Below are positions 18,839-26,331 of a DNA stretch of 32,000 bases, one piece after another. The position numbers were made by a program, and so were the translations under genes. Position 1 is the stretch's first letter. The number at the start of each line of letters is the position of its first letter. The stretch is from Candidatus Hadarchaeales archaeon (GTDB lineage Archaea; Hadarchaeota; Hadarchaeia; Hadarchaeales; Hadarchaeaceae): contig JAWBCC010000001.1 in assembly GCA_038823825.1 (NCBI GenBank), positions 120,001-152,000 on the forward strand, given 5' to 3'. Under the pieces are notes generated by a model. That model was not told the origin of the DNA, made no database searches, and saw only the letters and a list, made by a program, of their open reading frames with translations.

Positions 18839-19930
18839 TTGATAAACTTGGCAAGCGTTACCCTGGAAAACGTCACCAAAAAATTTGGTCAAGTAACTGC
18901 AGTTGATAACGTTTCTTTAGAGGTTAAGGATGGGGAACTCGTTGTTCTTGTTGGGCCGAGTGGATGTGGAAAATCAACCTTGATCAGAATGATAGCAGGG
19001 CTTGAGACACCGGACGAAGGAAACATCTATTTAGATGATTTGCTTGTAAACGACTTGCCTCCCAAAGACCGGAACGTTGCAATGGTTTTTCAAGATTACG
19101 CTCTCTATCCACACATGACAGTTTTTGAGAATATGGCATTCGCTTTAGAGAATTTTGGATATGATGAGAGAGAAATTCGAAAGAGAGTCAAAGAGGCGGC
19201 CCATCTACTGGGAATCGAGAATCTTCTAGACAGGAAACCGGCGCAGTTATCTGGAGGTCAAAGGCAAAGAGTTGCACTTGGAAGAGCCATCGTTCGTGAA
19301 CCGAAAGTTTTCCTGTGGGATGAGCCGCTCAGCAATATTGACGCAAAACTGAGAGTCGAAATGAGGGCAGAACTGAGAAAGCTTCAGCGCAGGCTCAAGG
19401 TGACGACCATTCATGTTACGCACGATCAAGTCGAAGCAATGACAATGGCCGATAGGGTTGCCGTAATGAAGGACGGGAGGATAAGACAATTCGATTCACC
19501 GGAAAAAGTTTACAGCAAGCCTGCGGATGAATTCGTCGCGAGTTTCATAGGAAGCCCACCAATGAACTTCTTTGACTGTGTTTTGACGAGAAAGCGAGGA
19601 AAGCTCGTTATAGAGGCTGAAGAGTTTGTGTTGGATGTCCCAAGAGAACTGAAAGATATCCTCAAGGGTTTGGTTGGCAAGGAACTGAGATTTGGAATAA
19701 GACCCGAGGACATATGCTTTTCGACGAAGAAAGGCGGAATAAAAGCAAAGGTGGATGTTGTTGAGCCATTGGGAGCAGAAGTTCTTGTTCATCTTCTAAT
19801 CGGCAAATCTCCAGCCATGATGCGGACGGATCCGAAGAGTGCACCGAAACCTGGTGAAATGGTTTTACTCGAGTTCCCATCGGAGAAGTGGCACATCTTT
19901 GATAGAAAGACGACAAAGGCGATTATCTGA
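18839..19930 (+). CDS. malK: Sugar ABC transporter ATPase, MalK/MsmX-like
   Basis: Walker A GPSGCGKST, Q-loop YALYPHMTVFENMAF, LSGGQRQRVALGRA, Walker B VFLWDEPLSNIDAKLR, and a C-terminal TOBE-like regulatory domain. TTG start. Confidence 0.93.
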   Translation: MINLASVTLENVTKKFGQVTAVDNVSLEVKDGELVVLVGPSGCGKSTLIRMIAGLETPDEGNIYLDDLLVNDLPPKDRNVAMVFQDYALYPHMTVFENMAFALENFGYDEREIRKRVKEAAHLLGIENLLDRKPAQLSGGQRQRVALGRAIVREPKVFLWDEPLSNIDAKLRVEMRAELRKLQRRLKVTTIHVTHDQVEAMTMADRVAVMKDGRIRQFDSPEKVYSKPADEFVASFIGSPPMNFFDCVLTRKRGKLVIEAEEFVLDVPRELKDILKGLVGKELRFGIRPEDICFSTKKGGIKAKVDVVEPLGAEVLVHLLIGKSPAMMRTDPKSAPKPGEMVLLEFPSEKWHIFDRKTTKAII

Positions 19931-22900
19931 GACTGAGAAGGATCTTTAAGATTATGCCAGCCACCACTGCGATTCCGATACTTACTCCTATGAATGTGTA
20001 GTCGAGCTTGGGTTTTTCTTCGAATATTTCGACCGAATATCCCAAATTGTTCTCTCCTCGATCCCAGACGGTTTCACCTCCGCCAATGGCTTTAATCATG
20101 AATGTGAGTTTTACATCCGCGAATGGTCCCAATTCTGCGATCCACCACCCGGTGGTTGGATCGATTTGCATCTGCGTTTCTCCGCTACTACCTTTGTTGG
20201 TCCACCAAACGACAAAAACGCTTTCAATTGTCCCTTCGGTCTGGCATGAAACTCGCACGAAATTACCAAAAAGAACATAGCTCGTGTTTTTTATTTTTAG
20301 ACCGACAGGAGGCAAAGGAGTTCTAACTTTTACAGTCAGAGTTTTCCTCTTTTCTAAAGATCCAGACTTAGCCGTGACTGTTATCTCATAATCTCCGTCT
20401 GAGGTTTCCCTTCCAACCGATATGAACAGGCTTGCCGTGAATGGCGGATAGCCATTTTCAGGATAGACCGAGAGCAGAAAACCTGACGGACCGGAAATTT
20501 TGAGTTCCACCAGATTTTCATACACCCCCAAATTTTCGATTCTTAACTCCACAGTTTGATTTTCACCTGCTCTCGCCTGAATCTGAGATGGTATGATTTC
20601 AAGTCGGAAGTCTGCCACGGGCAGCGCGACCGTATAGTATACAATGACTGTTTTTGTATTAACATCTTTCAGATTTAACCTAAGTTTTTCTCCGTCGACG
20701 TGCACTATGTCGTTTTCGCCATCTATTTCCACTGTTACAGCAGGAAGTCCAGCCGGTAGGGTCAGCTCAAGCAGAATCTGTTCATTTTGCGCAGAGATAT
20801 CGACCTTTTGCATATTTTCATTCCAAGAGTAACTGACCTTCAGCGGCTTCCCTCTCACAATAGTTCTGCCAGAAAGGAGATTCGTGTTCTCAAGAGGTTT
20901 AGGAGATATAACTGTATAGTTCTCGAACGGCTTTACCCCGAGGAACACTTGATAATACGTTCTCAAAAATTCTGCAATCGACCAAGCCTGCGTCCAGCAA
21001 CCTTTTGGCTTATCTCTATCACCATCGCTAATCTCGTGAATGGCCCCAACGTTTGCTTGCTGGAGTAGTTGCTTTTTGAATAAATGAAAGAGATGTGAAG
21101 CTTCCCCAAGCTTATTCGATTCTGCCATGACTTCTATCGCAGGACCAGATAACCACGGCCAGACATCTCCGTTGTGATATGCGGGTGGATCCCACGTTTG
21201 ATCGTCAATTCCAACGTAAAGCGGATCCGCCGGATTTAGCGATCTTACACCATGCGCCGCTATCAGTCCGCTTGAGATCGCAGTTTTAATGGCTTGCTCT
21301 ATTTTCTCTGAGGGAAGCAAATTCTCGGCTACGGAGATAGCTATTAGAGCGTTCGGTCGGATTCTAGCCACTGCCTGCCCTGCGGGTGTAATATAATCGT
21401 TGAGGTATCCTGTCGATTGGTTCCAGAATTTAGCTTCAAAGTTCTTACGCGCATTTTCGGCTATCTCCCACCACTTCGCACTCTTTTGATTTTGTCCCAA
21501 AATTCCAGCAATTTTTGCCGCATCATCCAGAGCCTTTATCCACAAAGCCTGTATCTCTACGGGTTTTCCTATCCTAGGATCTCTCGAAGTGTCCATCCAA
21601 GTTTCCAAATTGTCACTTCTGACGAAGCCGTCTGTTGGATCACCGTAGACCGCCCAAGTTCTCTCGATCGCTCTTTCGATCACCGGGAAGATGTCGGAGA
21701 GAAATCCACTATCTCCACTGTACAGATAATACTCATAGCATCTGATGATGAACCACAAGGTGGCGTCGGAGGTCGTATAGGCGCGCCAGTCACCAATCCT
21801 GTTCGGAATGCGACCGTCGCTTTCCCTCTGAAATCCTGCGAAGCTTAGGATTATCTCTTTTGCTTCTTGAAGTCTACCAGTAACGAGTGCAGACCCGCTC
21901 AGACTTATGAAAGTGTCTCTTCCCCACCCCTGATTGAACCAAGGAAGACCAGCCCATATCACTTTTCCAAATTCTTCATTCACGATCAAACTGTCAACGG
22001 AGGCTACAGCAAGCTTTAGAGCTTTTGTTAATGAAGGATCCGAGGTCTGAATCTCGCATGACTGTATGAGCGAAAGAATTCTGGATCTCTTTGTGTCCAG
22101 CAGGTCGGAATAGCTATTGATCGCCGATCTCGCTAAAGATATGGCTTCCTGAGAGGTTTTACCAACAGCAATGGCAAATAGGACATCCCGAGCATTTTCA
22201 ACGACAAGAGTTCCACTTCTATAAACGTTCCAAAAAATCCGTTGTTTGTTTTCTATTCTCATTTCATCGAAAGGATATTCGTGCGTGGCGCTTCCCCCTC
22301 CCGACTGATAGGTGGCTCCTTCTCGACAGGTGATTGCCACATATGCCACATTCTCTCTGTCGGACGCCCTAGAATGAAGTACAAGCACACCATTCTCGAA
22401 GTATTCCTCGTCGCTATATGAGATATCCAGAAATGGTGTGAATCTGATGGTAGACTGTGAATCTCCTGCGTATCTTACGAAGAAAACGTTTAGGTTATCT
22501 GGAAGGAAAATTTCTTCGGTCCAGCCACCGGCGGATCTGAGCAGTTTGTAAGGCAGATATGTAAAAGTTGATGGGGCGGGCGTAATTCTTTGCCCGCCGA
22601 TTTCGGTTGCCCAGCTTTCAACGACTCGTTTATTCTTCACAGTAAAACCGGAAAACTGCGAAATTGGCTCACCAGTAGTTGAAATCCAGAGAAAAGAGTC
22701 TTTCTTGTTTGTGAAAGTGCAAGCCAAAGACCATTCCGAGTTACCGGTGATTGAAAATTCGGGTTCACCGAATTCTATTGATGAGTTGAGCCACATCGGA
22801 AAATTCTCAAAGATTCCCAGTTCGCTTGGAACTTCTCCGGACATCCCCACAGATTTTACCGCGTTTTCGGCAGCTTGGAGCGCAAGATTCAGGGCTGTGT

Positions 22901-24191
22901 AGCACTTCTGTGCCCAATCCTGAGAATCCCAGAACCAGTAGCAACTTGTTTCTGCCATCGCAAAATATCCCCAAGCCCTTTTCATGTAGCTCTCTGCCAG
23001 TGATCCGTAAATTTGAGAATCGATTTGTTTGAGTTGTTGTCTAACCTCCGCAACTCTTTGCCACATCTCTCTGTCTAGCTGGCTACCGGCCCAAGTCGAG
23101 AGGTCTAATCTTGCTCCGCCTACTCCCCAGGAGCCGGTTTTTATCTTTATCACGTCGGTCGGGCGGTAGACTTCACGCAGATACTCGCTGATAGTGGTTA
23201 ACCTTATCCAACCTTCATTTTTGATTCGCTCAAGAAATCCTGGCCAGAACCAGTCGTAATATCCGGCTCCTGCCTGTCGCATCCATCCGTTTTCACCATC
23301 GCTTAGTATGACTACGAGGAAAGGTTTGCTCGGATCGTTGTTCCACTGCTGAATTATTCTGAGTTGATCAATCAGGTAAGCCGGATCGAAGCCATCCTGC
23401 TGGTTCTGACCGAGCCAGTGCTCCCTTGGAATGACGATTATAAAAACTCCAGCATATTCGGCTAGGTGCGGCCTGAAAGCCAGCTCACAGTATGTTCTGG
23501 ACCATTTGGTGTTATCCGATCCAATGATGTGAAAGCTGTCGAAAAAGACCCACTCTATTCCAAAACTTTTCAACCATGGGATTATATTTTCGCTGAAGGC
23601 GAGTTCGGGTGGAAAGAATCCCTTCGGAGTAACTCCAAAATATTTCTTACACCACGCCAGCATCTTCTGGAAGTGGATTTGTGCATCCTCTCTTTCGATT
23701 AGCGGGAATATTGGGTGATAGAAACCATCGATCACGAGTTCCAATCTACCTGTTTGAATCGCCCGTCTGTACTCGTCCCAGATACCCGCCAGACTTGTGT
23801 CTTTTGAAACGAAATTCTCTTTTGCCAGAAAATCGAGTTGCCACAGAAGCGAACCCGTAAAGTGGACAGTTATCTTTGCTTCCGGATAGGTGTTTACGAG
23901 CGTCGCTGGCCTAAGATAGCAGAAGCCACACTCTTCGAAGACATCTTTAACAGTCATGCTTGAACCAGGACTCGTTGGACTGTTGAAATAATCCCAGCCG
24001 ATCTGCATTCCAGGATGGTAGATCGGTTGGTGAAAATGAACAGCGAATGCGATGTAAAGGGGGACTTGTGTCTGGCTTTTTGATGGTCTTGGGAGTAGTG
24101 CGACAGCACCCAAAAGGACAAGTATAACCAACAGTATCGCAAGTCGCATTCGAATGTTTGTATTATCTCTTGCTGGTAATAAATGTTTCAT
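19923..24191 (-). CDS. Secreted, membrane-anchored GH57 + glycogen-debranching (GH133/GDE-like) fusion enzyme with C-terminal Ig-like module
   Basis: Signal peptide (...LLGAVALLPRPSKSQ). GH57 motifs FHQPIYHPG, LELVIDGFYHPIFPL, GFFPPELAFS, ILSDGENGWM. GDE-like motifs WFNQGWGRDTFISLSGSALVTGR, AYHNGDVWPWLSGP, AIHEISDGD. C-terminal TM YTFIGVSIGIAVVAGIILKILLSLR. Confidence 0.85.
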   Translation of the reverse strand: MKHLLPARDNTNIRMRLAILLVILVLLGAVALLPRPSKSQTQVPLYIAFAVHFHQPIYHPGMQIGWDYFNSPTSPGSSMTVKDVFEECGFCYLRPATLVNTYPEAKITVHFTGSLLWQLDFLAKENFVSKDTSLAGIWDEYRRAIQTGRLELVIDGFYHPIFPLIEREDAQIHFQKMLAWCKKYFGVTPKGFFPPELAFSENIIPWLKSFGIEWVFFDSFHIIGSDNTKWSRTYCELAFRPHLAEYAGVFIIVIPREHWLGQNQQDGFDPAYLIDQLRIIQQWNNDPSKPFLVVILSDGENGWMRQAGAGYYDWFWPGFLERIKNEGWIRLTTISEYLREVYRPTDVIKIKTGSWGVGGARLDLSTWAGSQLDREMWQRVAEVRQQLKQIDSQIYGSLAESYMKRAWGYFAMAETSCYWFWDSQDWAQKCYTALNLALQAAENAVKSVGMSGEVPSELGIFENFPMWLNSSIEFGEPEFSITGNSEWSLACTFTNKKDSFLWISTTGEPISQFSGFTVKNKRVVESWATEIGGQRITPAPSTFTYLPYKLLRSAGGWTEEIFLPDNLNVFFVRYAGDSQSTIRFTPFLDISYSDEEYFENGVLVLHSRASDRENVAYVAITCREGATYQSGGGSATHEYPFDEMRIENKQRIFWNVYRSGTLVVENARDVLFAIAVGKTSQEAISLARSAINSYSDLLDTKRSRILSLIQSCEIQTSDPSLTKALKLAVASVDSLIVNEEFGKVIWAGLPWFNQGWGRDTFISLSGSALVTGRLQEAKEIILSFAGFQRESDGRIPNRIGDWRAYTTSDATLWFIIRCYEYYLYSGDSGFLSDIFPVIERAIERTWAVYGDPTDGFVRSDNLETWMDTSRDPRIGKPVEIQALWIKALDDAAKIAGILGQNQKSAKWWEIAENARKNFEAKFWNQSTGYLNDYITPAGQAVARIRPNALIAISVAENLLPSEKIEQAIKTAISSGLIAAHGVRSLNPADPLYVGIDDQTWDPPAYHNGDVWPWLSGPAIEVMAESNKLGEASHLFHLFKKQLLQQANVGAIHEISDGDRDKPKGCWTQAWSIAEFLRTYYQVFLGVKPFENYTVISPKPLENTNLLSGRTIVRGKPLKVSYSWNENMQKVDISAQNEQILLELTLPAGLPAVTVEIDGENDIVHVDGEKLRLNLKDVNTKTVIVYYTVALPVADFRLEIIPSQIQARAGENQTVELRIENLGVYENLVELKISGPSGFLLSVYPENGYPPFTASLFISVGRETSDGDYEITVTAKSGSLEKRKTLTVKVRTPLPPVGLKIKNTSYVLFGNFVRVSCQTEGTIESVFVVWWTNKGSSGETQMQIDPTTGWWIAELGPFADVKLTFMIKAIGGGETVWDRGENNLGYSVEIFEEKPKLDYTFIGVSIGIAVVAGIILKILLSLR
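20937..22094 (-). other. (alpha/alpha)6-barrel debranching-enzyme-like catalytic domain (approximate limits)
   Basis: WFNQGWGRDTFIS, ATLWFIIRCYEYYLYSGD, NLETWMDTS and AYHNGDVWPWLSGP motifs, residues ~700-1085. Confidence 0.75.
22872..24059 (-). other. GH57 catalytic domain (approximate limits) within the fusion enzyme
   Basis: Four of the five canonical GH57 motif regions can be recognised by eye between residues ~45 and ~440. Confidence 0.8.
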
Positions 24192-26239
24192 TTCCTTTTC
24201 ATCAGTGCAACGGCGGCAACGATTATCACAATCACAATCACACCGATGATCGGAAGAACTGGAATCTCGGTGGGTTTTTCTACGGGCGCTTCGACCTCCG
24301 CCACGAGCGGAACCGCAGGCACGACCGTGTATCCCTCAACGCCAAAGGCGTTCGTGTTGAATCCCGAGAGCACGGTTCTTTGATCACGACCAGGTGGCAC
24401 AATTATGTCTAGAACGTTCGGTGAGACACCGACGGCATATGCGGCCGAGTCAGCGCCCAAAATCTTCCACTCTCTCTCCGCTGGAGTTGCTTCGTTTTCT
24501 GGAAGCGCCAATCTCCAGCTCCAATATTCGCTGAAGCCATCCTGTGAGCCAGAAATGATTACCGCGTGCCATTTGTAATCAGTTGGAAGATCACCTAGGT
24601 ATTGTCTGACAATACTTTTTGGCAAGGAAGCCAAGACCGTTCTCGAAGCCAAGTCGCAGGAGACGGTAAGAACTCCAGTTATGACATCATATTGTCCTGC
24701 GAAGACCACCCAATTCCTTCTAGCCTTATGTGGCTTGTAGAATCCGGTTATTTGAATTCCGAAATCCCAAGCGTGGGCTTCTTCTATTTTAATTCTCGGC
24801 CCCTCCCTGCTAAATGGTATGGTCTCTCCTCCAGGCTTACAATCCACCCAGACTTCCACGAGTTGATAGGAGAAACCAGCTTCTCCGCTCCACACGTTTC
24901 CTCCAAGCCTGTCGGCGGCGAACTCCACGGCGAAATAATAGTTCTGCGCATCCTCGAAAAACATGAATTTTGTGATATCAAACAGACCCGTCTTGCCTTG
25001 GAAATATGCGCTTTCCGGATATCTGTAGGTGCCAGGTCCGTAATCATCACCCACTGGGTCGGTAATTTCAACAACTCTTTCTGCAACCCATATCTTGAGC
25101 GGAGCAGTGTGCGAAATTGTGCCGTCGCTTGCTCTAACGGTGATTTCATAGATGCCCGAGGTGGTTTCTTTTGCAACTGAGATCGTCAAAGTTGAGGTAA
25201 ACGGTGGGGTCCCACTGGTTGGACTGAAGTTTACACTAACCCCACTGGGCAATCCTGTTGCTTCAAGCGAAACCGTCTGTGAATATCCGAGGAATCTTTT
25301 AACATTAACAGAAACCTGTGCAGACTTTCCGACCTGAATAATCCTGCTGCTAGGTGTTACCGCGATTGTGAAATATGGTCTTCCCGGAATTGGTCCCACG
25401 GCTGGAACCCTAGCATAGGTCCCAGTGTTTTCATTGAATCCGAGGAGAACACTCTTCTGAGTCATACCTTCAGGAACAAGTATGTCCATCGGTCTCGGTT
25501 CGACTTTTGCAGCCATTACCCTTGATTGCCAAGTTGCTCTGGCAGCATCTGGATCGGGTAACCAGCGAATGAAGATGAGAGATTTTTCAACCATGGCTAC
25601 CTTTCTCCACGCTCCAAGGTTGTCAGAGCCGACGAGTACTGTGCAATACCAAGGAGCTGATTCACTTGGGGATCCAACGACGGATTTTGGCACGCTTATT
25701 TGAACTTTCCCAGTTGCTTGGTTAGCTGTTACGAAGACATCGAAAACTTCTCCCGTTTGCCATCTTCCATGTGTGTTGTATCTTCCGCCGTAATTTCTCG
25801 GCCAGCCGTTCGCTCTCACCGCCCACTTCCAGCCATTCTGAATTACGACCTTCGCCGAATCCTCTGTTTCCGTGTCCGAGACGGGGATGACCGACGTGGC
25901 AGTCCCTGTTCCATCGTTTACGTAAATCTCTATGAGTTGAATGGAGAATCCATGTGGAGCACCATCTGGGTTCCCGCCGAGATTTTTGAATGTGAGTTCG
26001 AAGATTATGTTTGTTCCATCATCCTTGACCGCAAAGTAAGTCAGATCGAAAACTCCAGGAGCAAACTTGGGGTCCTCCGGATACATGAAGTCGTCAATTC
26101 CGTGGTCATCATCCTCCGGATCCTCCATCTCAAACAGGACGTTTACAGCTTGAGCTTTCGACGGTCTCGGTAGAATTATGAGCGAGAGCATCAGAAAGCC
26201 CACAATCAATATACATATTTCTCTCTTCATTCCCTCCAT
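24188..26239 (-). CDS. Surface protein with two glucodextranase-C/DOMON-like domains, one Ig-like domain and a C-terminal TM anchor
   Basis: Signal peptide (MLSLIILPRPSKAQ). Duplicated units DPEDDDHGIDDFMYPEDPKFAPGVFDLTYF and DPVGDDYGPGTYRYPESAYFQGKTGLFDITKF. Central Ig-like unit. C-terminus VLPIIGVIVIVIIVAAVALMKRK. The stop overlaps the GH57 fusion start (TCAT 24188-24191). Confidence 0.75.
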   Translation of the reverse strand: MEGMKREICILIVGFLMLSLIILPRPSKAQAVNVLFEMEDPEDDDHGIDDFMYPEDPKFAPGVFDLTYFAVKDDGTNIIFELTFKNLGGNPDGAPHGFSIQLIEIYVNDGTGTATSVIPVSDTETEDSAKVVIQNGWKWAVRANGWPRNYGGRYNTHGRWQTGEVFDVFVTANQATGKVQISVPKSVVGSPSESAPWYCTVLVGSDNLGAWRKVAMVEKSLIFIRWLPDPDAARATWQSRVMAAKVEPRPMDILVPEGMTQKSVLLGFNENTGTYARVPAVGPIPGRPYFTIAVTPSSRIIQVGKSAQVSVNVKRFLGYSQTVSLEATGLPSGVSVNFSPTSGTPPFTSTLTISVAKETTSGIYEITVRASDGTISHTAPLKIWVAERVVEITDPVGDDYGPGTYRYPESAYFQGKTGLFDITKFMFFEDAQNYYFAVEFAADRLGGNVWSGEAGFSYQLVEVWVDCKPGGETIPFSREGPRIKIEEAHAWDFGIQITGFYKPHKARRNWVVFAGQYDVITGVLTVSCDLASRTVLASLPKSIVRQYLGDLPTDYKWHAVIISGSQDGFSEYWSWRLALPENEATPAEREWKILGADSAAYAVGVSPNVLDIIVPPGRDQRTVLSGFNTNAFGVEGYTVVPAVPLVAEVEAPVEKPTEIPVLPIIGVIVIVIIVAAVALMKRK
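24303..25069 (-). repeat. Protein-level internal duplication, copy B (approximate limits)
   Basis: Same pattern as copy A; ends with TVLSGFNTNAFGVEGYTVVPAV, the equivalent of the copy A ending. Confidence 0.6.
25400..26137 (-). repeat. Protein-level internal duplication, copy A (approximate limits)
   Basis: Pattern D-P-x-D-D-x-G-x..x-Y-P-E-x..F..G.FD.T.F...D...Y/I.F.... ends with VLLGFNENTGTYARVPAV. Confidence 0.6.
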
Positions 26240-26252
26240 CTAAAGTATTCTT

Positions 26253-26306
26253 CTGCGGTTTTTATATCTTTCGAAAAAGTTTCCAGCTTCAGGCGAAACT
26301 TTTATT
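26253..26306. promoter_or_regulatory. Divergent promoter elements for the surface protein (-) and giant GH13 protein (+)
   Basis: Minus strand aaagatataaaaacc, about 25 nt upstream of the 26239 start. Plus strand gcgaaacttttatta at 26293-26306, about 27-30 nt upstream of GTG 26332. Spacing fits leaderless or nearly leaderless archaeal transcripts. Confidence 0.5.
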
Positions 26307-26331
26307 AGGAATATATGGAAAAAATTAAAAG

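Noticed and set aside
25700-26173. 157 aa plus-strand ORF opposite the surface protein
   Set aside because: Antisense to the signal peptide and first domain of a well-supported gene.
26271-26306. Possible imperfect repeats cgaaaaagtttt and cgaaacttttat in the divergent promoter
   Set aside because: A/T-rich low-complexity similarity best explained by promoter composition (BRE/TATA); too weak to call an operator.
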